DNA from: Camelus ferus
Lineage: Eukaryota
Assembly: GCF_009834535.1 (NCBI RefSeq)
Contig: NC_045697.1
Span: forward strand, 100,566,001 to 100,630,000
Reading direction: 5' to 3'
Length of the DNA: 64,000 nt
Shown here in pieces: positions 1 to 12,875 of the stretch (position 1 is its first letter; each line of letters begins with the position of its first letter). Below the pieces are notes generated by a model that searched no databases, was not told the DNA's origin, and worked only from the letters and a program-made list of their open reading frames with translations. A program made the translations under genes and the position numbers.

Positions 1-2095
1 CTCCCTCTGCCTTGCACCAGGACGCCCATATCTCCCACAAAAGAGCTTTTACATTCATCCATAATTCCAGTTTTTGCAACTGTTGGACAGTTGAACCTGA
101 ACACTTCCAGATCTCCTTGCTCCGATGGCCAGTGGGGCTTATACTTGCAGTCCCACAGGACTGATATATTTGCATACACTTAGAAGCTGCTGCCTGAAGG
201 TCTGGCTTCCAAACAGTGTGAATCTAGGTGCTGAGATCCTCGCCTTTGGGACGCTGACGAGTCTTGGCACATCCTCAACTATTGGGAGCTATTAGAGATA
301 GAATAGCCTGTTTGCATAAGCATAGAAGTTTGGGAGAAGACAGAGGTGGGGCAGGGCTGAATACAAGGTTTATTTCCTGCAAGAGACCATTCCTTCAAGA
401 CTGGGAGAAGTGGTTGTTTCATGTACTGTATAGAAACCAATACAGAAAGTCAAGGAAACCTATAAAACAGAAATATGTTCAAATTAAAAGAATAATATAA
501 AATCTTAATGAAGCAAAGATAAGCAATTTACCTGCTAAAGAGTTCAAAGTAATGCTTATAAAGAGGTTCACTGAGTTGGTGGGGAGAAGAATGGATGAAC
601 ACAGTGAGAATTTCAACAGAGATGGAAAATATTAGAAAGTACTAAATGGTAGTCACAGAGCTGAAGAATGTAAAATACCCTAGAACTGAAAAATACCCTA
701 GAGGGGTTCAATAGCAGACTAGATGAAACAGAAGAAAGGATCAGCCAAACACAAGGTGGTAGAAATCAATCAGAGCAGTAAAAAGAAAAGAAAAGAAAAG
801 AAAAAAAGGTCAAGAGAGCATAAGGGGTTTATGGGCCAATATCAGAGCGACTAATATTTGCATTATAGGGGTCCTAGAGGACAAGGAAGGAAGAGAGGGG
901 AATAAATATTGTTTGAAGACATTTCCCTAACCTGGGGAAAGAAACAGAAAACCAGATCTAGGGAGCTCAGAGAGTTTCAAAAAGAAGAACTCAAAGAGAC
1001 CCACACCAAAACACATTATAATCAAAATGTCAAATGTTAAAGACAAAGAGAGAATATTAAAAGAAGTGAGAAAAACAACTTGTTACATACAAGGGAATCC
1101 CTGTAAGAGTATCAGCAGAAACTTTGCAGGCCAGAAAGGAGTCCAATATATTCAAAGTGCTGAAAGGAAAAAAAAAAAACAAAAACAAAAACTTCGAACC
1201 AAGAATATTCTACCCAGCAAGTTATCATTCAGAATTGAAGGTGAGAGAAATCATTTTCCAGATAAGCAAAAGTTAAAGGAGTTTATCACCACTAGACTGA
1301 CCATACCTGAAATGTTAAAGGGACTATTTTAAGCTTAAAAGAAAAAAAGCTAATTGGTAACAAGAAAACATGAAAGAATGTATCTCACTGGAAAAGTAAC
1401 TATATGGACAATGTAGTGGATTACTCACTTATGAAGCTAGTATGAAGGTTAAAAGACAGAAGTAGTAAAAAAAAATAACTATGATGACAATAATTAATTA
1501 AGGGATGCACAAGATTAAAAGATATAGAATGTAATATCAAAAACATAAAACATGCTGGGTAAAGTAAAACTTCTAAGAGGGACGTGGGTAAATAAATGTC
1601 TACCTCAAAAGACAAGAAAAGTCTCAAATAAACAACTTAACTTTACACCTCAAGAGACTAGGAAAAGAAGGACACGTGAAGCCCTGTGTTAGTGGAAGGA
1701 AGGAAATTTAAAAAGATTAGAGCAGAAATAAATGAAATAGAGCCTAAAAAGACAATAAAGAAGATCGATGAAGCTAAGAGTGAGTCCTTTGAAAAGATAA
1801 AGAAAATTGACAAGTCTTTTAGTTAGATTAAGAAAAAAGAAGACTCAAGTAAATAAAAATCAGAAATGAAAGAAAATATATTACAACCAATAACACATAA
1901 ATACAAAAGATCAGAAGAGACAACTATGAAGAATCATATGCCAACAAATTGGACAACCTAGAAGACATGGATAAATTCCTAGAAACATACAACTATTAAG
2001 ACTTTATCTTGATGAAATAGAAAATCTGAATAGACTGACTTTTGTTTTTTGGGAGGATTTTGATTACTGATTCAATCTGCTTACTAGTAATAGAT
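1..2095 (+). mobile_element. Old L1 fragment (5' region, ORF1 remnant, part of ORF2)
   Basis: ORF 1027..1332 ends in L1 ORF1p C-terminal motifs (PSKLSFRIEGE, DKQKLKEFITTR, EMLKGL). 1600-2035 is ORF2-like (GATTAGAGCAGAAATAAATGAAATAGA). Many stops and frameshifts. Confidence 0.85.
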
Positions 2096-2096
2096 T

Positions 2097-2230
2097 TCCC
2101 TCTGGGGACATTTGTCAATACCTGGGACATTCTTGGTTGTCACAATTGGGGAAGGGCTACTAGCATCAAGTAGATAAAAGCTAGGGATGTTGCTATCCAG
2201 CCCCAAATGTCAACAGTGCTAAGGTTTTAA
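2097..2230 (+). mobile_element. MER20 (hAT-Charlie) fragment
   Basis: GGGGACATTTGTCAATACCTGGGACATTCTTGGTTGTCACAA...CCAGCCCCAAATGTCAACAGTGC resembles MER20; similar to the copy at ~10070. Confidence 0.75.
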
Positions 2231-3069
2231 GGTAATTCAAGCTAACTTAATTTCACATATATGTGTTGGACTACTATTACATGCAGGACATTGATAACAC
2301 AGCAGTAACAAAAGTGATATGGTTGCTATCCATAAGGAATAATGATATTTGTAATACCTGAATCTTATATAATGAGTGCTTTATAAATTAGTAAAAATCA
2401 TATTAATTAGAGGAGAAAAATGAGCTTTAAAAATATGCTTTCTCTTTGATCTTTTAATCCCACTTATAAAAAATTTGAAGGGAATAATAAGAAATTTGCA
2501 CAGATTTATGTACAATATGTTTTAATGAATTATTATTTATAGTAGTGGAAATTTGGAAACAATTGTACAAAACAAAGGTAAAATAAAATGTGAACATTTA
2601 GTTGGTGGACTGTTATGAAGCTTTAAATATTCACATTTCTGAAAAATTCTGATATGAAAAAATGTTCATTTTGTAAAGCTAAATGAAAAACACATGACAA
2701 ATCTCTAAGTACTGCATGCTCCTAAGTTTTAAAAACATATATGGGGGGAAAGAGCAGCAGGAAATATGCCAAAATGAGTTCTGAGTGGCTTTCTCTATGG
2801 TGTTGTATTGTGAGCAATTTTAATTTTTTTCTTTACAGTCCAGGTACGTTCTAAATAATTTTAAATGAACACATACTCTTTTTATAATTAGAAAAAAAGG
2901 CATTCTATATTGAGTACTACATGCAATCCCCTAAATTAGTATAGAAGGAAAGGAGATATGATTTTTCTACCCTTAAGAGCTTATATATAAAATTAGAGAA
3001 ATGAATGATACGTATGTGGGAAGTTTATAAATAATAATATATATAAAGGTTAAAAAAATTAAGAAAAAC

Positions 3070-3310
3070 TTATTTTGAGTACCTGCTAGTCTGGCACTGT
3101 GCTGGGTGCATTCACCAACATTACTACATTTCTTGGTACCAATAGTCCTGTGTGGCTCAGATTATTATCTCCTTCTTAGTGAAAAGGAATTTGAGGTTCA
3201 TTGAGATTATCTTGTCCCAGGTCACCCACAGATATGAAGAAGTAGTTTGAAAATTCAACCCCAGGCTTGATTCATTTTTGTAAAAAATGATTATTTCTAC
3301 CTTGTGTGCT
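3070..3310 (-). mobile_element. MIR SINE (degenerate)
   Basis: GGCACTGTGCTGGGTG...TTGTCCCAGGTCACCCA...AATTCAACCCCAGG core motifs. Confidence 0.6.
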
Positions 3311-4599
3311 CTTCCATTAGGGAGACACAAGAACAAATGATCATAATCATTAACCCAAGTATTTTGGTGGAATCCATGAAAACTCACTCATTTTTCTTGG
3401 GAGACTTAGGGGTTGTTCTCAATCAGAAAAGCTGAAAAGCATTTTTTTTAATTCCTTCAAGGACTAGTTCAGTGAATGTCTTATATGCTCAGTGAGTTAT
3501 GAGTACAGAATTTTTATGTTTCTGATACTTAGCTGCTTTAAGAGACATAACAGGAATCTGCATAGCAATCAGTTGCTTCTGCCAAAGGGGAGTTCTTAAA
3601 CACCAATGGCGAATCTACGATGCGTGATTAATGACTGTAGCTGGATTACTTTTCAGGCCCATCTCCTTATCTACAAGTGATGTAACTTGGCAGAAAATCA
3701 GAAAATGGATGTTTTAATCAATTCTGCTTTCATCTGTGACAGATCTCTGCCTGAAAAGGAGTGGGCAGTCCCGTGTCCTTCCTCTCCTTTGTCTGTATTA
3801 CAGAGTGTTGGGCTCCATTTTCTCTGACACAGAAGAAGAATTTATTCAAAATAATGATCCTCATTTAGATAGAGGAGTTAGATCTATCACTCTGCCCAGA
3901 CAGCACAACCAGATCTAATTCCCCCCTCTGTTAAGCAAATAAAACATCACCCTTGTGTCTGCTACCGAACAATGCCAGCAGCTCAAGATTTATTAGTTTG
4001 TTCAAGCCCCCATTACAAGAAGTCTAGAATTTCTTCTGTTGTTTAACTCAGAACTTTAAGCAAGCCAAAGTTCTTAGGAGTAGTGAAGTGGGGAAAAAAT
4101 GTAGGATGTGTTTTATTTAAGAAAAAAAAAGACATTAAATAGTTTATTTCACTTTAACTTTTATACATTAAAATTCAATTTTATGATCATTAGTTTCATT
4201 GCTTTAAGGACCATCTTCTTTTCATTTCTCCTGTAATGTGATGTTAAATGACTTGGGAAATAGAGAGTTTCTTTGCTGTCAGAAAAACAGGAATTTCATA
4301 TGGAATTTTTCGAGTATAATTAGCATGCTGATATGAAACATTAAATTTATTTTCATATTATTACTAACAAAGACATTATTTGGGTGTGCACCTTAAACCC
4401 TGAAAAATAAATATGATTCCCCTCACTTTCTAAATGAAGACACTGAGGCTCAAAGAGTTTAACTACATTATTCCAGATCACATAGTGGTAATTATTTAAT
4501 TTCGAATTCTAACCTAGTCTTCTAAATACAGAAATTCCATACACCATACTCGTTCCATAGACCATACTCACTCTCGTGTCAGTTAGAATTGTCTAAGCC

Positions 4600-5365
4600 C
4601 ATGAAAATGTGTCCATCACTAGTCATTATGGAAATGCAGATTAAAACTACTTCAAACCCATTAAAATGGGTCTGTTATACAAACAATCAGAAAATAACAA
4701 GTGTTGGCAAAGATGTGGAAAAGTTAGGACTCTTGTGCATTGCTGGTGGAAATGTAAAATGATGCTGCCATTGTAGCAAACAGTATGGCAATTACTCAAA
4801 AAAAGAAACACAGAATTCCAGCAATTCCACTCCTAGGTATATGCTCCAAAGAATTGAAAGCAGGGACTCAGACAGATATTTGGACACCAATGTCCATAAT
4901 AACACTATTCACAACAGCCAACAGGTAGAAACAATGTCACGTCCATCAACAGATAAATGCATAAGCAAAATGTGCTATATACATGCAATGGAATATCATT
5001 CAGCCTTAAAAAATGAATGAAATTATGATACATGCGACAGTGGATGAACATTGGAGATATTATACTAAGTGAAATAAAGCAGACACAAAATTATAAATAG
5101 CATATGATTCTACTTATATGAAGTACTTAGAATAGGCAAATTCATAGAGATAGAAAGTAGAACAAAATTACCAGGTGCAGGGGTGGGCAGGCAGGGAAAA
5201 ATAAGGAATACTTGTTTAAGGAGTATAGAATTCCTCTTTGGGATAATGAAAAAGTTCTGAAAATGGTTAGTGGTGATAGTTGCACAATACTGTGAATGTA
5301 CTCAAAGTGAACTGTGCACTTACAATGGTTAAAATGTTATGGATATTTTACCACAATTAAAAAAA
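4600..5365 (+). mobile_element. L1 (L1MA/MB-type) 3' end
   Basis: ORF2 C-terminal and 3'UTR signatures (AACAAGTGTTGGCAAAGATGTGG, CCAGCAATTCCACTCCTAGGTATA, GGAATATCATTCAGCCTTAAAA), ending TTTTACCACAATTAAAAAAA. Confidence 0.85.
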
Positions 5366-7699
5366 TATTGTTGAAAATGATAAAATTAGGGTTTATGAAG
5401 CTATCACTGATATGAGAGGTTAGCTCAGTGTTTGCATGAAAATAAGGTTGGATTCAAAACAGATCAAGTTGTGAGAAATGCTGTGAGAAGTGCTGACTAT
5501 GTGGATAAGAAAATGTCTGGGCAGAGGAAGACAAGATAGACGCAGTGATACAACTTACCGTCTCTAGTCTCATGCACTCCCCCAAATTTGAAAGATTATG
5601 GAATTCAGTCTAGCAGTGCTGAGGTGGAGGTTCCGTGTACAGACTTCAGGCTATGCCAACCGGGTGTAAGAACTGGGTATGTGTGTGAATTGAAAGCTCC
5701 TGATACCGTAGCGACTCTAAAAAGGAACTAAGCATGCCAGTTGGAGGCTCACAAGATCCCTCTGTGTGATGTGGCCCTTGCGTTTTGTTCCTGGCCTCTG
5801 ATTCTTAAGTCATCATATTATTACCATGAATTGTCAACCTCACTCCTCTGAAATGGTAAATATGCTTCCATTGATGATTATGTAGTCTATCGACCACAGG
5901 AAATTTTAAATTAAATAAAGAGATGAGAAAGTAATATATTAACCCAAGATCACTTATATTTTGAGTTCAAGGTCTGGAATAAACTTTTTAGCTCCTGAGG
6001 TAGCTTTATAGGGTTGGTATCTAAAGAATTTATAATGTTTAATAGAACCTAAGTGAAAGGATCTGAGTGTAAATTAAAATGTGCAGTAGATTTTGGAATT
6101 GAGATTTTAAGCTAAAACTGTATCTGAGAACTTGACTAAGTTTGTAAAAATACAAAAACTGGAGATGCATTTTATTTACTATCCTACTTCATTATATTTA
6201 CAAGACTGTTTTAAATGTATAGACAGGTTTTCCTTGTTATGGTTTTGATTTCAAGTTGTCAGAAGGTTTTTTAAATGCTTTAAAGATAAAATATATAAAA
6301 TTTCTAAGTGCAGCCTAAAATATTCTGGAAAATGTAGTTTACTAAATTTGTCAATGGGATTAATTATTTAAAGTAATTCAGTCTATTCAACTCGAATTAA
6401 CTGAACATTCATCAAAGTAAAAGAGAAAATAATTGCTCTTTGCTTATTAGTTTTATAAATAGTAGAATAAGATTTCTTAGTGAAATTAAAAGCTTATGAG
6501 AAGGTAGTTTCCTTTATAATTACAACTTTAATGAAAGTTATTTTAATTTAAAAACTAAGTAACTGGACGTAGTTTTTGCCATGCACAAAGGCCCCTTCAA
6601 GACACTTAAGAACTCGCACTGATGATCTTGATATGAAAACTATACTAAAGCAATGGTTCTCAGCTCCAGTGGGTACACTTTTGCTTTGGGATCAAGTAAA
6701 TTGCTATAAAATAATAATGTGCCTACATGACCAAAGTGTACAGATCATTTACATTAAAGGATGGAGTAGATGCTCCGTTATCCCTGTAATAACACTGACC
6801 TCCTTCTTTGTTTTACTGCATGCTTTCTTCAGTGGGAGCATTTCTGAATTACAGTGCACTGGGCTATGGAACTATCATCCACAAAGATTCCCTGCCCAGG
6901 AGCAACCCCAAGGACTGCGGAATGACTAGGAGAGAGAGGTGATTAAGAAATGGGAGAGTAAGGTGAAGAGTTCACCAGGCTGTCCCACTCTCTTTGGTTC
7001 CTAATGCAGAGTGTCATTGCTTGCTGGATGTACCTACATGAATATTTCTATGTTTCTGTCTGTGCCCATAAAGGATCCAAGGATGAGGACCTAATACATG
7101 GAATTTTAAGGTAGGAAACATTTTGCCCCAATTTTTTTTTTATTCTAGTTGTGTATCATTCAATAGAAGTCAATTGAATACAAACTGTGTCTACCTCTGA
7201 GTATTAATTCTTTAAGAAAGTTTGTCTTAAGAGTGGACAAAAAGAAAGCATAGAATAGGCCTTGTATATAACCTCTAAGCAGAGTGTGCTGGTAAATATT
7301 TAACAACCAGACATCTTGGGGAAAAACAAACAAACAAGACCCTGCTATGCAGCATTGGCCAATGTCCCTGTTGTAAATAGTCTCACCATGGCCAATTTCA
7401 AACTTTCAGCATCAGCTCAGGTGGGAGCCAGCTCCAGCAAACCACTTCATTTAAACTTTCACTCTTCCATTCCTGCTCCTTTATTCTGGAAGTTGATCAT
7501 GCTGAAAAAAAATTTTTTTTTTAAATATATTTATATGATGCTGACTCATGACCATGAGTCCCAAATAGACCCTTAGTCTGCCAGGCAGTTGTACTAGACA
7601 TTCCTAGTCATTTGCGCTCCCATTGTTCTAGATAACTATTTTTGTATCTTTACTGGAAACAATGCCTCTCCCATTTTCACTCTCAGCTTACTTCCTTTC

Positions 7700-9812
7700 T
7701 TGGTTTCACTAGGAAAAATAAAACAGTCAGACCAGGAGCATTACAGACTTCCTCCATCCCAGGACCCACCTTCAAACACCTGTACTCTCTTCCTCCCTGC
7801 TCCTGTCTGCTTCTGCCTGAAGCCAACACTGGCATTTGTGGGTCAGAGTTCATCATCTGTTTTTCTCAAGTCATCACTCCTGTAATTCTCCCCTACTCTC
7901 TCTTAAAGCATCAGTTTCTTGCTTTCTGCTAGATCAATACTGTCTACTGAAGTGTTACAATTATTATCATTTTGTTAAAACTTCTCTCAACCCCACTACC
8001 TCCATCAGTTGTTGCTCCATTTCTTTGCCCCTGTTTTAGTAGAATTACTCCTGAAAGTTATCTGTACTCTCTCTCAAAACTGCTACTTTCTGGCTTTCAT
8101 TATCATCTCCTCTCCACCAAGAGTGCTCTTACAGAGATGGTATAATGTCTCACTCCTACCCGTTCACTGTGCTAAAGGTCAACTCAAAAACTCCCAGGAT
8201 CAGCATCTCTGCCTGAGTCTTTCCAGATGCTCAGGAAGTCACACTCATGTGAGGAGGAAGTGAGAAATATCAGGGAATTAACATCACCCACACTCTCCCC
8301 ACAACAGTGCTAACTAATTCCTGGGAGTGTAAAATACACCGCCTCTTGCCTCCCAGGAAAAATAATCCTGAGTGATACTTTATTAGACTCTTTCCCAGAG
8401 TTTTCTTATGGGATGGAGCACCAGTGGTCACGTGTTGCTCCATAATGCACACTTATTGGCTGCCTTCTCTTCTCTTTCTTACATCATTTCTCCACTTCAC
8501 TACTGACATTCCTGAACCTCTCAAGTGAACTCGCTCTCTCAAGTTCTTGTTTAGAGGTGGCTGCTGCTGGAGCCAAAACAAGCACCCTCACGAGTGATCT
8601 CCACATCACCAAACTAAACGATCAGTTTGCAGATTTCTTCTTTTGGGGGCTTTCACTCTCTGTCTCTTTTCTTTGTTCTGTTTCTTCTCACCACTTCTAT
8701 GCTTGGAGTGCTGCAGGTGCGCCAGTTCTGGGTCCTCTTATTTCCCCTGTGACTCTCCAGGCTTTATAGGCCACCTCTATGTCAATGACTAGCAAACTCA
8801 TATCTGCAGCACAGATTTCTCATCTGAATGTCACGTTCATATACACAACCAAGTACTAACGTCTCCACTCTGATGTCCAATAGTCATCTGAAACTCAGGA
8901 TGTCCAGAACTGAACTCCTCTCCTACCCACCTCCCGCCAAACTTGCTCCATTTACAATATTCCCCCATCTCATTTAGAGCAATACCAGCCTTCCAGTTAT
9001 CCAGGCCAAGAGCCTTGGGTTAATTCTTGACTCTTGTATTTTTCTCAGCAAGTCTTGGTTGTAGCTTAAAAATATATCCAGAATCCGAATATTTCTTACC
9101 ACCTCCACTGCTCTCATCCTGACTCAAGCCATCATCACTTCTCACCTAGACTACCTCCGTAGCCTCTTAACAGGTCTCCCAGCTTCTGTTCTTGCCCCAT
9201 TACAGTCTGTACTCAACATAGAAAATCGAGATATATTTTTTAAAATAAATATTTGATCATCAGTCTACTGCTCAGAACTATGCAAAGGCTCTCCTATGTC
9301 CTCTGGAGCAGAAGCCTGAAACCCTCTCCTTTCTGTGCATTTTTTAACCCCACCTCATTTTACTGTTCCCTCTTCCTCCTCAATCCCATTTCCCATCTCA
9401 CTCTGCTCCACTCTTGCTTCCTAATTATTCTTTGAACACAATTGGCATATTCTTGTCTTAGAGCCAAGGTATAGCTGCTTCCTCTTGTCTGCAATAATCT
9501 TCTAGGTGAGTCCTAAACCTCCCACCAGGACATTTTTAGACTTTGCTCTAAATGAATTCCACCATGACCAGTGTAAGCCTGCAATCTGCCCTCTCCTACG
9601 CCCACACTTTGATTCCCCTTACAGTGAACTACTTTTTTTAATCTATCAAATTTATCATTTCCAACATACCATCTAATTTACCTCCTGATTGCTTACTGTT
9701 TATTGCTTACGCCACCCTGTATGCCCTCCCCCAGAATATCAGGCCAATGAGAACAGGGACACTTGACTGTTTTGTTTAGTCACATACGCCATCTGTTGAA
9801 TGAATAAATGAA
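7700..9812 (-). mobile_element. L2 LINE fragments (interrupted)
   Basis: Pyrimidine-rich L2-like text (CATCTGAAACTCAGGATGTCCAGAACTGAACTC, CCACCTCCACTGCT, CTCACCTAGACTAC), ending TGTTGAATGAATAAATGAATGA. Strand assignment tentative. Confidence 0.6.
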
Positions 9813-10066
9813 TGACCTCTTGGGAGGAAAAGATTGATTAATTCAGTAGTCGTCTCTCCAGTGTCTCGGGGTGTTGATTTTCAGGCAGTCTATTCTTTTA
9901 GGATTTCATTTAACATTACAGTAACAAGAAATATCTTTTTTGCTGTCTTCTCAGCACAAATTCAAAACTTCAACAACAACAACAAAAATGTGTATTTGTT
10001 GACATATGAACACCAATAGTTCTCAGATATAGATTTTATACTTTTAGGGTAAAGTTTTGTATAACT

Positions 10067-10281
10067 CAGTGGTTGTCAGTGGCTGGGGGTGATTTCATCT
10101 CCCAGGAGATATTGGCACCATCTGGAGACATTTCGTTTGTCCTAACTAAGGGGAGATGCTATTGGCATCCAGCAGGTAGAAACCAGGGATGCTGGTAACA
10201 TCCTATGGTGAGCAGGAAAACCCTCACAACAAAGAAGTATCTGGTCCAATATGTCAAGAGTATTAAGTTTGAGAAAACATG
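10067..10281 (+). mobile_element. MER20 (hAT-Charlie), near full length
   Basis: CAGTGGTTGTCA...GGGGGTGATTT...TCTGGAGACATT...GCTATTGGCATCCAGCAGGTAGA...TTGAGAAAACATG. Confidence 0.8.
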
Positions 10282-10439
10282 GTGTAACCTAAAAATTCTC
10301 CTAACAGGCCACTGATTCAATACATCTATTCAACACAAAATGTATTTAGGGCCTGCTCTCTGCTGGGATGTATCAGTGACCCAGACAGTCCAGTCTACAT
10401 GGAGCTTATATTCCAATGACAGTCCTCGAGCTAACAAAG

Positions 10440-10660
10440 CAGGGAACCATTTATGTAGTTCTTACTATGTGCCAGACACCAACTCATTGAAACTTGAAGA
10501 CAATCCTAGGAAAGAAGGTGTTGTGATCTCCATCTTAAAGAAAAGTGAGGTAAAGAGACGCAGAGCAAACTGCCCAAGATCATACAGCCAGTAATGAGCA
10601 GAGGAAGGACGTGAATCTCAGTGGGTTGGCCCCAGACTGTGCTCTTCATCACTGCATTAC
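10440..10660 (-). mobile_element. MIR SINE
   Basis: TACTATGTGCCAGACAC...GTGAGGTAAAGAGA...CTGCCCAAGATCATACAGC. Confidence 0.65.
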
Positions 10661-12409
10661 AGCAGCTTCAGATACAAATGGGGGAATATTATCTGTTAAA
10701 TAACAAAACAGGTTTAATGTTTTTAATTGATCTGATGCAATGTTCCCAGAGTTTTAGATTCCAGAAATCTTTATTATGATTCCAGATGTTTTAGCAGTTT
10801 CTGCTAATAGATTAAATATTCAGCAAGTATCCATCATATAGAGTTGAGACATCAAATGGGAATATGGAGAAGATATCCATCTTCACGTCGTTTCAGATAA
10901 GCCAGTGAAAATTCATTGAGCAGAAATGTCTGTTACATGATTCTGATCCTATCACACAGAGGTCCTGTGAAGGTCAGTTGGGAAAGAGCAATCATATTTG
11001 GTCAATCCACAAGAAGTAAGTTACTGTTGTTGAATACACAAAATCTCAGCTCAAATGCTTATGAAATTTAAGGATTACCAAGGCTATAATAACCATAAAC
11101 TCTGTGAGAATTTGGAGTTCTTTGGCTTTACTTCTTTCAATCTATACATTAATGAGAAGAAATGTAAAGAGATTCACTGACTTGTCCAAAATGAAACAGG
11201 CAAAATTTGGCAGAGCCATGGCAATCTATTACTACAAATTTATGGTTCAGTTATTTTTCCATTATTATCCCAAAGAATTAAAAATCTCTTTGAAGAAATA
11301 TACAAGGTGTATCCATTCAACTCTGTATAATACCCGTTATGATAGTTTACACACTGCACTGCACCTATTTGGAAGATAGTTAAGTACTCAATATACATTT
11401 TTGAAGATATGACAATTTGGGGGAAATGATTGTGTTAAATTATGAGGTAAAAATTTAAATGCTATTGGAAGTAGAAGAACATAAAAACAAATGAGAGTTG
11501 AAATGTTGAAGAAATACCACAGAAGGGAGACTACACTCTATAATTAAAAGACCCTTGCTCAATGTAGAAATGCTTCCCAAATTTGCAGAATTCAGGTAAA
11601 GCAAATATATTCATGCCAAAGAAATCAGTATAACATTCAATGGACCAGAATAGAAGACATAGAAATTAGGCATGTGTATTCATAATATATTATATAGTAA
11701 ACTGGACATTTTATATTGTGGGGAAATTGTTTAGTGAACGGTTGTAGGGTTACTTGCTTATTTCAGCCATAAGCAAAGAAACAAAAGAACAACCAAATAA
11801 AATCAATGTGCTGAAGATTAATATTTGAAGAATAATATACCTTTCTCAAAATCTAGAAAAAAAATGGCCATTTACTTACAAGATCTTAAGAGTTTGGAGG
11901 AAGACTTTTCAAAGTATGCAAAGGCAGAATTCATAGGTAAAAATGCTTACAGATTTTATGACACAAATTAAAAGAATTTCCATAGGTCAAAAAACGCCAT
12001 AAACTAAATTTTAATGATAATCTGAAAGAAATAAGTCATACTATGTGTAACAAATAAAGTAAAATATCCTTGATATAAAGAGTTCTTCCAAATAAATATG
12101 AAAAACATGAAATAGACAACATAAAACTATAAAATCTAATTTATGTAATATAAAAAATTCTTTTACATTGATTTCAATTGCCCCTCTTAGCAAATCATAT
12201 AATCCAGCAGGAGAGAAGATAATTACAGAGATATAAGTAGGCTATAACTGCCATTTGTATGCTAAAAATAAAGACATAGTGGATTGTTTTATATTTGTGA
12301 AAGTAATATAACTGAAATTTTTAAAATTATATTTCTCAAACCATTCATTAATATGCTCACTTTTTCTCTTCCACTTGATCACAAATGTCAGTTTTTTTTA
12401 CATTAACTA

Positions 12410-12875
12410 AAATTAGATTTAGCTGTGTATGACAGAAACCCCCAAATAAGAATGGCTTCAGCAATAAAGAGGTTTATTTTGCTTTCACTTAAACAGAAAT
12501 CCAGGGAATCGTGGGTTACTAAGGGTGCTATATAATGTGGTCAAGGCTTTAAAATAGCAAAAGGACCCACTTCTCTTAGCTTGCTGTTTCATCATTGTTT
12601 ATTTTACAGTTCAGGATGGCTGCTGACCCTTAGCTGTCACATTTACATCCCAGCCAGAAGGGAGGAGGAGGAGGGGTGAAGAAAGTTATGCCTTGTTCCT
12701 TTATGACCTCTTCTGAGAAGTTGGCTAGGACTTGATCAACAAACAGTTGAAAGGGAAGCTGGCAAAACGTAGTGTGTCCAGCTAACAATCAGGAGTTTCT
12801 ATTATGAAAATCAGGAAATTACATTATGAAGGGAAAAGAAGAAAATATGTATGAGGAGACCTAGCAGTCTCTGCT
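12410..12875 (-). mobile_element. MaLR LTR (old MLT1 subfamily)
   Basis: AGCTGTGTATGACAGAAACCCCCAAATAAGAATGGCTT...CAGGATGGCTGCT...AAGGGAAGCTGG. Confidence 0.55.
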
